From Desulfatiglandales bacterium (GTDB taxonomy: Bacteria; Desulfobacterota; DSM-4660; Desulfatiglandales; HGW-15), in NCBI GenBank assembly GCA_963667015.2, contig CAXXJJ010000004.1, positions 3,360,001 through 3,424,000 on the forward strand: a stretch of DNA of 64,000 bases, read 5' to 3'. Every line of letters begins with the position of its first letter. The first letter of the stretch is position 1. A program made the position numbers and the translations under genes. This document shows positions 24,649 through 34,696 of this stretch, piece after piece. The notes under the pieces were generated by a model. It saw only the letters and a program-made list of their open reading frames with translations, had not been told where the DNA came from and ran no database searches.

Positions 24649-27090
24649 ATGAGAATATTGCACATCATTTTTAAAGACCGAAGCCTCTCGTACAAACTTG
24701 TAATTCCTTCTGTTCTTCCGGTTATATTTGTAATTGTTATTGTCACAGTAATGCTTACAGGTTCCTTTGAAAACGCCATTTTAAAAGGTGCTGAGAACAG
24801 GGCAGATGCGCTGAGTGATCTGACCAGGATTTCAATGTCCCACAGTTTTGTTGTCTATAACAAGGAACTGCTGGATAATTTTGTGGATGGCCTGGGAAAG
24901 ATTGATAACGTAAAGTTTGCCATGGTTGTTGATAATGCTGACAGCAGGATACTTGCCCACAGTAACCATGAAATGGACGGAAGAATGTTATCGGAGCTGC
25001 CGAAGGAGATGCAGAATATACCGGACCTGTCAGATATCAATTCTTCAACAGTATCCTCCCGGATTGACGAGAACTATTTTATAAAATCCGCACCTGTTAT
25101 AATTGACGGAAAGCAATATGCTACTATCCATATAGGCTTTACCCTTGCTGAAGTTATCAGGAAAATGGCTTCTTTAAAACGAAATATAATGCTTGTCAGC
25201 CTTATAGCCGTTGTTGCAGGTATAGCATTTGCCCTTTTAGCTGCCAAAAAAATAGGCACACCTATGAATAATCTTGCGTTACAGGCGGAACTTGCCGGAA
25301 AAGGTGATTTCAATCATAAACTGGTCTATGAAAACAGAGATACCATAGGGCGCATGGCCGATGCATTCAACCAGATGCTGGACAGGATAAAAATAAAGCA
25401 AAGTCAATTGACTGCAATAAACAGGATTGCAGACATTATCTACAATTCCCTTGACAGAAATACGGTTGCAAAAAATGCTGTCCATGCAATGATGAATTAC
25501 AGTCAATCTCCTGCAGTTGCTTTTTTTCTGCTCAACAATGAAAAACAGAGACTTGACCTTCTTTACGCAGAGGGATTTGACGGGGAAACATTAAAAAAAG
25601 CCTCAATACTCCCCCTTGAAGGTTCTCTGACTGGCAGGGCGGTAAAAACAAAAGAAGTGATATCAACAACAGACCTTTCTAGAGATAACCGGCTCTCTTC
25701 TGATGTCAGGGATGCGCTGGTGCAGGAAAAGATGCACACGGTATATTCGGTTCCAATTCTGGCAAGGGATGAGGTGCTTGGGGCCATGAACCTTATTCAT
25801 AAAACCATGCACACGATCGATGAACTTGAAAAGGAAACGCTCATGTCAATCGGCAAGACAATAGGTCTTGCAATGGCAAACGCCATACAGGTAACCCGGG
25901 TCCAGCATGAGATAGAAGAACGCAGGGAGGTGGAAAAGGCCTTAAGAGAAAGTGAGACAAAGTATCGTAACCTGGTTGAGAAGGCCAATGACGGCATAGT
26001 GATACTTCAGGATGGTCTAATCATGTATGCAAATCCAAGCGCAGTGAGATTATCAGGTCAGGAAGAAAAAGATTTCATTGGTCAGCCTTTTTCAGCATAC
26101 CTTCATCCTGATGAAAGATCAAAGATTGAAGAACTTTACAGACGCAGATTGTCAGGTGAAGAATCTGACAACATCTATGAAACAATATTTCTGCGCAGTG
26201 ATGGCCAGGGCATATATGCAGAGGTAAATGCCAGCCTGACGACCTATCTTGATAAGCCGGCAGACCAGGTTATTATAAGAGACATCTCCGAGCGGAAGCG
26301 CGCTCAGGAAGCGCTGAAACGGGCCTATGACCAGCTTGAGCTGAAGGTCGCCGAGCGTACCGCCGAGCTGGCTATAGCAAAGGAGCATGCAGAGGAATCA
26401 GACAGATTAAAATCGGCCTTTCTTGCGTCCATGTCACATGAATTGAGGACACCTCTGAATTCCATAATCGGGTTTACAGGTATTATTCTGCAGGAACTGG
26501 TCGGGCCGCTGAATGATGAGCAGTCAAAACAGCTGAAAATGGTTCAGGACAGCGCTCATCATCTGTTGAGCCTTATCAATGATGTCCTTGATCTTTCAAA
26601 GATAGAGGCGGGTCAGCTTAATGTTGAATCCGAAGAATTTGATCTGAGTGAAGTAATCAGGAATGTTGTCAAGAAAGTTTCGCCAATGGCCGATAAAAAA
26701 GGGATCAGTATAGAAACAGAGGTTTCGTCCGTGGTTTCTGTTATAAAGAGTGACAGGCGCAGGGTGGAGCAGGTCCTGTTAAATCTTGTTAATAACGCTA
26801 TAAAATTTACCGAGAGAGGAAGCGTTAAAATATACTGTGAGCCAGCAGGTAAATATATAACAACTTCAATTAAGGATACCGGCATCGGTATAGCGCCGGA
26901 AGATATGGATAAATTATTCAGGGCATTCCAACAGATTGAGACCGGCCTGTCACGCCGTTTTGAGGGAACAGGGCTGGGACTGTCCATTTGTAAAAAACTG
27001 GTAGGGCTGCTGGGTGGAGAGATAGAGGCATACAGCGAAGGCCCGGGAGTGGGCTCGACTTTTACATTCAGGCTTCCTGCAGGAGAATAA
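24649..27090 (+). CDS. Membrane sensor histidine kinase (TM-sensor-HAMP-GAF-PAS-HisKA-HATPase)
   Basis: MSHELRTPLNSI, NLVNNAIKFT, DTGIGI, GTGLGL; two TM segments. Confidence 0.95.
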   Translation: MRILHIIFKDRSLSYKLVIPSVLPVIFVIVIVTVMLTGSFENAILKGAENRADALSDLTRISMSHSFVVYNKELLDNFVDGLGKIDNVKFAMVVDNADSRILAHSNHEMDGRMLSELPKEMQNIPDLSDINSSTVSSRIDENYFIKSAPVIIDGKQYATIHIGFTLAEVIRKMASLKRNIMLVSLIAVVAGIAFALLAAKKIGTPMNNLALQAELAGKGDFNHKLVYENRDTIGRMADAFNQMLDRIKIKQSQLTAINRIADIIYNSLDRNTVAKNAVHAMMNYSQSPAVAFFLLNNEKQRLDLLYAEGFDGETLKKASILPLEGSLTGRAVKTKEVISTTDLSRDNRLSSDVRDALVQEKMHTVYSVPILARDEVLGAMNLIHKTMHTIDELEKETLMSIGKTIGLAMANAIQVTRVQHEIEERREVEKALRESETKYRNLVEKANDGIVILQDGLIMYANPSAVRLSGQEEKDFIGQPFSAYLHPDERSKIEELYRRRLSGEESDNIYETIFLRSDGQGIYAEVNASLTTYLDKPADQVIIRDISERKRAQEALKRAYDQLELKVAERTAELAIAKEHAEESDRLKSAFLASMSHELRTPLNSIIGFTGIILQELVGPLNDEQSKQLKMVQDSAHHLLSLINDVLDLSKIEAGQLNVESEEFDLSEVIRNVVKKVSPMADKKGISIETEVSSVVSVIKSDRRRVEQVLLNLVNNAIKFTERGSVKIYCEPAGKYITTSIKDTGIGIAPEDMDKLFRAFQQIETGLSRRFEGTGLGLSICKKLVGLLGGEIEAYSEGPGVGSTFTFRLPAGE

Positions 27091-27094
27091 TATC

Positions 27095-27457
27095 ATGGAA
27101 AAAATCGTGCTGATCATAGAAGACAACGAACAGAATCTTTATCTTATGAATTTTATTCTGGAAAAAAACGGCTTTAAGGTCTTAAAGGCCATGGACGGTC
27201 AGGAAGGTGTTGCTGTTGCCTGCCGTGAAAAACCTGATCTTATATTGCTCGACATTCAGCTACCAGGTATGGATGGTTATGAGGTTGCACGAAGGTTAAG
27301 TCAGGCTGAAGAGGTAAAGGACGTTCCGATTATTGCCGTCACCTCATATGCCATGGTTGGTGACCGGGAAAAGGCACTTGAGGCCGGATGCACCGGATAT
27401 ATTGAAAAACCCATTAACCCTGCAACGTTTGTTGATGAAATAAAAAAATTCTTATAG
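27095..27457 (+). CDS. Single-domain response regulator (DivK-like)
   Basis: IIEDN, LILLDIQLPGMDG, AVTSYAM, EKPI. Confidence 0.93.
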   Translation: MEKIVLIIEDNEQNLYLMNFILEKNGFKVLKAMDGQEGVAVACREKPDLILLDIQLPGMDGYEVARRLSQAEEVKDVPIIAVTSYAMVGDREKALEAGCTGYIEKPINPATFVDEIKKFL

Positions 27458-27491
27458 TATTTGTTATTCATATATATTCAAGGAATCCTTT

Positions 27492-29189
27492 ATGAAAAAA
27501 ATTCTTATCGTTGACGACAACAAACAGAACATTTATATGGCCGATGTACTTTTTTCAAATAACGGGTACAATGTTGAAACTGCAGCAAACGGAAAAGAGG
27601 CACTGGAAAAGGCCAAGGAAAATTCTCCTGACATCATCCTTGCAGATATTCTGATGCCGGTAATGGATGGATTTGCCCTTTGCCGCGAATGGCAGTCAAT
27701 TGAAACCCTTCGGAAAATTCCATTTGTTTTTTATACGGCAACATATACTGATCCTGAAGATGAAAAATTTGCACTGAGCCTTGGGGCTCATTCATTTTTA
27801 GTCAAGCCGCTTGCCACAGATGAACTGTTAAAAACCATTGGAAATATTGTAAAGGAAGCCGAGACAAAAGAATCCGATCAGGTTTTGGATCAAACGCCTG
27901 AAGAAGAGGTTTACCTCAAGCAGTATAATCAAGCCCTTATTCACAAACTTGAAGATAAGCTCATGCAGCTTGAAGACACAAACCGGAAACTTGAAGGAGA
28001 AATCAAGGGCCGTAAGTATGCAGAACAAAAACTTAACGCCTTTGAAAAAAAGATGGTGCAGCTGCAGAAAATGGAAGCACTTGGTACACTGTCCGGAGGC
28101 ATTGCCCATGACTTTAATAATATTCTCATGGCAATAATGGCTCATACCGAACTGGCACTCATGGACTGTCGCGAAGGCGTATCCAGGGAAGTGAATCTGG
28201 AACAGATTCTTACGGCCTGTAACAGGGCCAAGGAGCTTATCAAGCAGATTCTCACCTTCAGCCGGCAGGCAGACATGGATAAAAAACCTCTTAAGGCATC
28301 TCTTATTGTGCAGGAAGTTGTAAAACTTTTAAGTTCATCTTTACCAGCAGGAATCGAAATAAAGCAGCGGCTTGAAAGTGATTCACTTATAATAGCCAAT
28401 CCTACACAGATTTATCAGGTTTTAATAAACCTCTGTACAAACGCCAGTCATGCAATTGGTCCCAGGGACGGGATTATAGAAATCAGGTTATCAGATATTG
28501 ATATCGAAAAACCGGGAGATGCAATATTCTGGAACCTTACACCGGGAAGATATCAGAAACTTGAAGTTATTGACAATGGCACAGGAATAAAGCCTGATAA
28601 ATTACAGGAGATATTTAACCCCTATTTTACTACCAGACAGGAGGGGGAAGGGACCGGTCTGGGACTTTCTGTAGTCCAGAATATTGTGAAAAATACCGGG
28701 GGCAAAATTTCAGTAAAAAGTGAATATGGCAAGGGCACAGTATTCAGTGTCTTTTTCCCGATTTTTGAAGGAAACCCGGAAGATGTTATGCCCCGGTCAG
28801 TTATCCCGGAAGGCGGCAGTGAACATATCCTGCTTGTTGATGATGATGCGACTCACCTTGAGATCGGGGTTGAGCAGCTTAAAAAACTTGGCTACAGGGT
28901 AACTGCTGTCAGGGACAGTCAGGTCGCATTAAAGATTTACAATGAAAGATCGATGGACTTTGACCTTGTCATAAGTGACATTGAAATGCCTGGTTTTTCA
29001 GGTATTGAGTTAGCCGGTGAGTTTAACAAAATACGTGATGATATCCCGATAATTCTGTGTACAGGTTTCAGTGATATTACATCCGAAAAAAAGGTCGAAG
29101 AACTTGGGATTAAGGCCTTTCTGATGAAACCCTTTGTCCTTGATGCACTGTCGCAAACAATAAGGATGGCACTGGATAATAAAAAATAA
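27492..29189 (+). CDS. Hybrid histidine kinase (REC-HisKA-HATPase-REC)
   Basis: N-terminal [21 protein letters not shown]-terminal REC (SDIEMP). Confidence 0.94.
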   Translation: MKKILIVDDNKQNIYMADVLFSNNGYNVETAANGKEALEKAKENSPDIILADILMPVMDGFALCREWQSIETLRKIPFVFYTATYTDPEDEKFALSLGAHSFLVKPLATDELLKTIGNIVKEAETKESDQVLDQTPEEEVYLKQYNQALIHKLEDKLMQLEDTNRKLEGEIKGRKYAEQKLNAFEKKMVQLQKMEALGTLSGGIAHDFNNILMAIMAHTELALMDCREGVSREVNLEQILTACNRAKELIKQILTFSRQADMDKKPLKASLIVQEVVKLLSSSLPAGIEIKQRLESDSLIIANPTQIYQVLINLCTNASHAIGPRDGIIEIRLSDIDIEKPGDAIFWNLTPGRYQKLEVIDNGTGIKPDKLQEIFNPYFTTRQEGEGTGLGLSVVQNIVKNTGGKISVKSEYGKGTVFSVFFPIFEGNPEDVMPRSVIPEGGSEHILLVDDDATHLEIGVEQLKKLGYRVTAVRDSQVALKIYNERSMDFDLVISDIEMPGFSGIELAGEFNKIRDDIPIILCTGFSDITSEKKVEELGIKAFLMKPFVLDALSQTIRMALDNKK

Positions 29190-29197
29190 AGATTAAT

Positions 29198-29430
29198 CCC
29201 CTGGCGAGCAGTGTTGCAAAACACAATCCGCCTCCGGCATAGTCCCCCGCAAAAGAGATGTTTTCCGGATTGCAACCTTCATCCATCAATGCCCGGTATG
29301 CAGATAGTGAATCCTCAAGTGCTGCAGGAAAAGGACGTTCAGGTGCAAGCCTGTAATCGAATACAAAGGCGGAGGTATTACTTCCAAGGACAAATTTAGC
29401 CACATGCACCCTGTGTCCCTGAGGTAAACC
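29198..29430 (-). pseudogene. Internal fragment of an HSL-family alpha/beta hydrolase
   Basis: DYRLAPERPFPAALED...AGDYAGGGL; nucleophile motif GDSAG reads GDYAG; both termini missing. Confidence 0.75.
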
Positions 29431-29991
29431 GCAGTAATGTGGACGGATGAATATATCTCAACACAACTGCTTGAAACACATCTAAACCAGGCAACAGACC
29501 TTGCCAGCAGAAAAGAAAGTACAATCAGCTCCACGATGGAATGGATCCTTCAAAAGGTGCCCGGAAACAGGATGAGTATCCTTGACCTGGGATGTGGGCC
29601 GGGCCTTTATACTGAAAGGCTGGCACAAAAAGGTCATATAGTGACCGGCATTGATTTTTCCGAAAACTCCATCTCCCATGCCCGGAAGTCCGCAGAAAAA
29701 GGATTCTGGCGGCCGACCCCATATCTTGCCCTGCATGAGGGTATATATTACAGGAATGAAAAGGTAGTCCTTAGCCAGCATGTTATTATTGATGAAACAG
29801 AAGAAACAGAAATTTATCGCTTCTGGACACATCGCTTCTGGACACATCGCTTCTCGGACAATGATCTGAAAGGAATACTCGAGGCCAACAAGTTCACAGA
29901 ACCAATTTTTTATAAAGAAGTAATTCCTGACAGTGACAGTTACAGGTCCGGGGATGTGACCTTCTGCATTACAGCAAGACAGGGCATTTAG
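29428..29991 (+). pseudogene. Class I SAM-dependent methyltransferase, apparently truncated and internally deleted
   Basis: MWTD..IS..LL..HL...DLASR, ILDLGCGPGLY, GIDFS; jumps directly from ARKSAEK to GFWRP; 15-bp tandem duplication (RFWTHRFWTHRF). Confidence 0.65.
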
Positions 29992-30014
29992 TATCTAACA
30001 TGCTCTTTCCGAAA

Positions 30015-30052
30015 AACTGCTTCCTGAACGCACAGTTACTTCAGGAAGCAGT
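30015..30052. terminator. Inverted repeat downstream of the methyltransferase
   Basis: ACTGCTTCCTGAA...TTCAGGAAGCAGT, 13-bp stem. Confidence 0.5.
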
Positions 30053-30078
30053 AATACCGGAAGAATTCCCAGTTTTCC

Positions 30079-30126
30079 CCTACCATAGGGTAGGATTACA
30101 GTCCGCATCCTACTCTATAGTAGGAT
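30079..30126. promoter_or_regulatory. Paired palindromic operators CCTAC-N6-GTAGG, candidate sigma54 enhancer sites
   Basis: Two copies (30079-30094 and 30109-30124) with centres 30 bp apart, ~200 bp upstream of a -24/-12 box. Confidence 0.55.
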
Positions 30127-30310
30127 TTTTTTCAGGCCATCATTACAATCAGTTATTGTTTTCAATCATTAAAGGTTAAAAAATATTTTCCTCAAAAATA
30201 ATGTTCGCTCTTTCATTCCCTTATTCCATGAGGCTTTCAGCCGTTAAAGAGAAACGCTGAGCCCAAAAATACAACTTTAAACTGCCAGATTCCGCCTCTT
30301 TCTTCCTTTC

Positions 30311-30326
30311 TGGCATTCCCGTTGCA
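30311..30326 (+). promoter_or_regulatory. Sigma54 (-24/-12) promoter
   Basis: TGGCATTCCCGTTGCA = GG-N10-GC with TGGCA/TTGCA context. Confidence 0.75.
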
Positions 30327-30462
30327 ATTATCCATTTTCAAGACGCACTGATTTCCAGGCCGGGACCTTCTTCAACTGGAAATATTTATTGCGGCAATGG
30401 TAGCTTCTGTAACGGTACTGGTAATCAGTGCGTAAAAGAATTTTTCAGGGAAAGGAAATAAA

Positions 30463-30750
30463 ATGACCATCGGTAATGCCCTGGCATTTATAAAACGAAG
30501 TCTCAATGATTCAATTTTAAGAGATCGTCTGAACGGGGCATCAGACAAAGAGGAATTTGACCGGGTACTGGCGGAGGAGTATCTGAATTTTTCATCCCAT
30601 GAGTTTGACGAGGCATTTAATCACAAACTGACCGAATGTCAGGAAGAGGAGGAGGCGGAGCAGCTTAAGGAATTAAAATTGTGGTGGGATCTGCTCGGGC
30701 AGATATATGAACCCTCTGCATGCAGGGCCGGATGCAGCGGCTACTGTTAG
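30463..30750 (+). CDS. Nif11-like small protein with Cys-rich tail
   Basis: MTIGNALAFIKRSLNDSILRDRL...LNFSSHEF resembles a Nif11-type leader; C-terminus SACRAGCSGYC; AAGGA RBS. Confidence 0.7.
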   Translation: MTIGNALAFIKRSLNDSILRDRLNGASDKEEFDRVLAEEYLNFSSHEFDEAFNHKLTECQEEEEAEQLKELKLWWDLLGQIYEPSACRAGCSGYC

Positions 30751-30924
30751 CAGGATTTATGACTGGGAAAGTATTATATCCGTCCGGACCATTGCAAAGA
30801 TTGGCGAAAAATAAACCATAAATCTATTAGAGAAAGGAGGTTATAAATTTAGCTCAATTTAAATCCGCAAAACGCGGAAACTTAAAAGGTAGTTTTTTAT
30901 TTTGTGTTCTATTATCTTCTCCTA

Positions 30925-30956
30925 AAAATACCCTCTCGGGACCGGGAGGGTATTTT
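30925..30956. terminator. Bidirectional intrinsic terminator
   Basis: AAAATACCCTCTCGG-GA-CCGGGAGGGTATTTT between convergent genes. Confidence 0.75.
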
Positions 30957-30970
30957 ACTAATGAAGACTT

Positions 30971-32686
30971 TTACCCTTTCTTTTCATTAACCCTTTCAAA
31001 AATAACACGTTGTTCCTTGAGGGGATCAAACCCTATCCGGCTTTCCGTATCAAATATCATCATGGGACGCTTTGCCGTATCATATGGATCCCATACCGGA
31101 AGACCGCTCTTCGATGTGTTGGGATCTCCATCCGCAGCAAATGCAATCCATGCCTCGCTTATCCTATCCGCCAGCTTCTGCGCCTCCGGACCGCCGCCTG
31201 TAAGGCCAATACCTCCGCCGTCAACATTGTCAAATACAAAAGGCATCTCCAGCCCGTGCGGGCATATGAGCTTTCCATTCAGGACAGGCGTCTCCCAGTC
31301 AAAGCGGTACAGGTATGCCGGCGCCTTTCCCAGCGCCATCTTTCTTTCAGCTATGGTGACTGATCCCGAACCCATACCCGAATAACTTGCTATATGAAAG
31401 TGAATTGCCGACGGGGACATATCAGGATACTCCTGGCGATAAAGATCAATGAGCTTATCAGCATCAGCCCCCGCAAGCTTCTCAACCTGGCTTCTCATTC
31501 CCTGTTCATCCAGGGACCAGAGCTCATCCTGACCAAGAAGAAAAACAGTAGACTCGGTTTTGTTCCAGCCTACCATAACTGGCACGTTTTCAGATACCGC
31601 CGGTGCCGTCGGATAAAAGGGATGTGCGGGCAGTACCTGCGGGTCAATAACAGGGCTGAATCCTCTGATTCCCTGCGAACCCAGCCTTCCATTGACTGCA
31701 AAATAGGCGGATAATATGGTGTTTGTCGTAAGCTTATTTATTTCAGATAGATTTTCGGGTTTGATCCCCAGTTCCTCGAGAAGGGCCTCCGCAACCTTTG
31801 TTGCATTGGCAGGTTCGTCAACCTTAATGCCCGGTCCGCTCTCAATGACAGCAGAATGGAAAAGACCCTTTGCAGGCGGGCTTGCCAGCAGCATGGACAC
31901 CTTTGCTCCTCCGCCGGATTCTCCGAATATCATTACCCTGTTGGGATCACCGCCGAATTTCTCGATGTTATCCCGCACCCATTCAAGGGCTAAAATTATA
32001 TCAAGCTGCCCTGCATTGCCTGAGTGGGCATATTCCCCGCCTGCAATATCACCAAAGTGGGTATAGCCAAAGACATTGAGCCTGTGATTTACGCCAACCA
32101 TTACAGCGCCCCTGCGGGCAAGGTTGGTGCCGTCATAGAGCAGGTCCGAGGAGGAACCCTGGGCAAATCCTCCTCCATGGAGCCATACCATAACAGGCCG
32201 TTTCTCCTTTGAATCAAGAGAGGGTGTCCAGATGTTCAGGAACAGGCAGTCTTCACTTTCAGGGGCCGGCACACGGAATCCATCGGAAGCCCAGAGTATT
32301 TTACCTATTTCCGAATCCAGTGATAAAGAACTCTGAGCCGCGGGATTAGTCTGTGGCGCCCGGTATCCATAGGATGATGCATCCCGGATTTCGGTCCAGG
32401 GTTTTGGAGGCTTCGGCGGTTTGAAACGGTTTTCTCCGCCGGTTGAAGCGCCGTAGCGGACACCCCTGAATGTATAGATATCCTGGTTAATATAGCCTCT
32501 TATTTTTCCATAGGTGGTTTCTACAAGCGGATCAATCAATGGAGCTTTTTCTGCCACTGGCTGGCATCCCGGAGTTAATCCCACTGCAAGTCCGCCTGCG
32601 GTAAAGGCCATTGCGCGGAAAACAGAACGACGGCTTACAGGCTGTTGAAGAACTGACTGGCTTACAAGACTGGATTTTTCTTTCAT
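30971..32686 (-). CDS. Type B carboxylesterase with Tat (lipoprotein) signal
   Basis: SRRSVF Tat motif followed by LTPGC; SEDCLFLNIWTP, WLHGGGF, FGESGGG, HGLE. Confidence 0.93.
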   Translation of the reverse strand: MKEKSSLVSQSVLQQPVSRRSVFRAMAFTAGGLAVGLTPGCQPVAEKAPLIDPLVETTYGKIRGYINQDIYTFRGVRYGASTGGENRFKPPKPPKPWTEIRDASSYGYRAPQTNPAAQSSLSLDSEIGKILWASDGFRVPAPESEDCLFLNIWTPSLDSKEKRPVMVWLHGGGFAQGSSSDLLYDGTNLARRGAVMVGVNHRLNVFGYTHFGDIAGGEYAHSGNAGQLDIILALEWVRDNIEKFGGDPNRVMIFGESGGGAKVSMLLASPPAKGLFHSAVIESGPGIKVDEPANATKVAEALLEELGIKPENLSEINKLTTNTILSAYFAVNGRLGSQGIRGFSPVIDPQVLPAHPFYPTAPAVSENVPVMVGWNKTESTVFLLGQDELWSLDEQGMRSQVEKLAGADADKLIDLYRQEYPDMSPSAIHFHIASYSGMGSGSVTIAERKMALGKAPAYLYRFDWETPVLNGKLICPHGLEMPFVFDNVDGGGIGLTGGGPEAQKLADRISEAWIAFAADGDPNTSKSGLPVWDPYDTAKRPMMIFDTESRIGFDPLKEQRVIFERVNEKKG

Positions 32687-32720
32687 TGAATCCCTCCTTT
32701 AAAAGTTTCAATGTTATAGA

Positions 32721-33425
32721 TTATCTGCATTCAAAATTTAAGGCATCTTTGCTGTCTCCATTACCTGTATAGTAGGGATATTTGGGGTAGGGGCAGAGAG
32801 GCCTGCTTAATCCGGGCAGATTTGTCCCTGTGGCAATAATCCTGTCCGGAGCAATATCCTTTTCCACCCAGTCGACAATGGCACTAAGTATATCAAAGGA
32901 ATCAACGGTTTTATCTCCCCCCCTGCAATGTCCCATTCCCGGAACAAGGAACAGCCTGCTCCATCCTGATACCTTCTGAGCCCCGCCATTATCCCTTATA
33001 AGCCTTTTATAGTAATCAACCGTGTCCAGGGCAGAAAACCACGGGTCGCTTATGCCGTGATAAAATATCAGCTTTCCGCCGTTTCCGGAAAATGTGCTCA
33101 GATTGGTCCAGAGGTACGTATTCCCGGCAGCAGCCACTCCATCAGTCTTTTCGATATACTCCCGGTCCACATCCATGTTTGTATCACTTATCGGTGGACC
33201 CAGCACGCTATCTGCCTGGACAAGAAGTCCGGGAATTCCGGTCTTTGCATCCAGGCCGGTATCAAGAAGGAAAGGAGAATATACCCTCATTCCGCAGGAT
33301 GTCACCGGTCCTGCCAGCCCCTGCTTTAAGGCCTTTACCTGTTTTGGGGATAAACACTCGTCTGTCTTCTCTCCCCTGCACATAATATCATCAGGGGTGA
33401 AGCCGCATCCATCAAAATTAAAATT
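32721..33425 (-). pseudogene. C-terminal half of a tannase/feruloyl esterase
   Basis: GGKLIFYHGISDP, RLFLVPGMGHCRGG, RPLCPYP; frame open upstream (FNFDGCGFTPDDIMC) only as far as the xylH stop; the N-terminal nucleophile half is absent. Confidence 0.8.
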
Positions 33426-33431
33426 TATAAA

Positions 33432-34685
33432 TCATTTCTTATTCTTGGAAACTACATCAACATAAACCGCAATTATTAAAACAAGGCCCTGGACGATCAT
33501 CTGTTTTGAATTAGTCCAGCCCAGTAGGTCCATACCATTATTAAGGCTGCCCATAACCAGTGCACCTACTACCGCCCCGGCAACCGTGCCTTCGCCGCCC
33601 ATAAGGCTTGTTCCGCCGATAACGCAGGCAGCAATGGTAAGGAGTTCATATAGGTTTCCTCCGGAGGTTGTCCCTGCAGAAACATATCCTGTTAAAACGA
33701 TCCCGGCAACGGCACATAAAATTCCCATCAGGATATATACCTTAAATACTATCATGCCGGTATTGATGCCTGAAAGACGGGTAGCCTCCTTGTTGCCTCC
33801 ATATGCATAGATGTAGCGTCCAAAGCGTGTATTCCTGGTTATGTAAGTAAAAATCAACAGGATGATTACCAGAAGGAGCACGGGATTTTGAATCCCCTCA
33901 TAGCCGTTTGCAATGTACAGGACATAGAAGAGGACAATGGCAGAGATTGCCACAGCCTTGAACAGGTCCCTGTATACCGGATATTTTTCAAATCCGTATT
34001 TGAATTTCTGATTTCGTCCCCACATGATCACAACAAAGATACATGCGACAACCAGCACAGCAAGTATAATCCCTATATTTTTGGGAATATATCCCTGGCC
34101 TATTTCCACCAGCGTGTTTTCAACAGGACTTATTGTCCTGCCGCCGCTGACCAGTAAAACACCGCCCCTGAAGGCAAGATATCCGCCCAGTGTAACAATA
34201 AAGGCAGGTATTTTAAGGTAGGCAATAAGTGTCCCATGCCATATGCCGATTATAAGCCCGACAACGAGCGCGACAACAACGGACAGTGCTGTGGAAATGA
34301 CCCCGTTCATACTGGTCTCAATGCCCAGAAATGTTGTCTGTGCTTCAAGGGATGGGAAGAGCCCGGCTAAAAAATCAGGAAATATAAAATACTGGCAGTA
34401 TGCCACGATTATACTGATAAATCCGACTACAGAACCAACCGAAAGATCTATGTTTCCGGTTACTATTACAGGAACCATACCGATAGCGAGTATTGCTATG
34501 AGTGCAGTCTGCCTGACGAGGTTTGATAGATTGCGGGGCTCAAAGAATACGCCGTCTGTTAAGATGCTGAACAGGATCCAGATTACAGCAAGGGCAATAA
34601 CCATTGAGTATGTGCGAAAATGTGCGTGTATTGAATCAGCTATTTTACCTTTATTCTTCTGTATCGTTCCTGTAACGTTTGTCAT
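33432..34685 (-). CDS. xylH: Xylose-type sugar ABC transporter permease
   Basis: NIDLSVGS, PAFIVTLGG, GGNKEATRLSGI, IAACVIGGTSLMGG. Confidence 0.85.
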   Translation of the reverse strand: MTNVTGTIQKNKGKIADSIHAHFRTYSMVIALAVIWILFSILTDGVFFEPRNLSNLVRQTALIAILAIGMVPVIVTGNIDLSVGSVVGFISIIVAYCQYFIFPDFLAGLFPSLEAQTTFLGIETSMNGVISTALSVVVALVVGLIIGIWHGTLIAYLKIPAFIVTLGGYLAFRGGVLLVSGGRTISPVENTLVEIGQGYIPKNIGIILAVLVVACIFVVIMWGRNQKFKYGFEKYPVYRDLFKAVAISAIVLFYVLYIANGYEGIQNPVLLLVIILLIFTYITRNTRFGRYIYAYGGNKEATRLSGINTGMIVFKVYILMGILCAVAGIVLTGYVSAGTTSGGNLYELLTIAACVIGGTSLMGGEGTVAGAVVGALVMGSLNNGMDLLGWTNSKQMIVQGLVLIIAVYVDVVSKNKK

Positions 34686-34696
34686 TCTTTCTCCTG

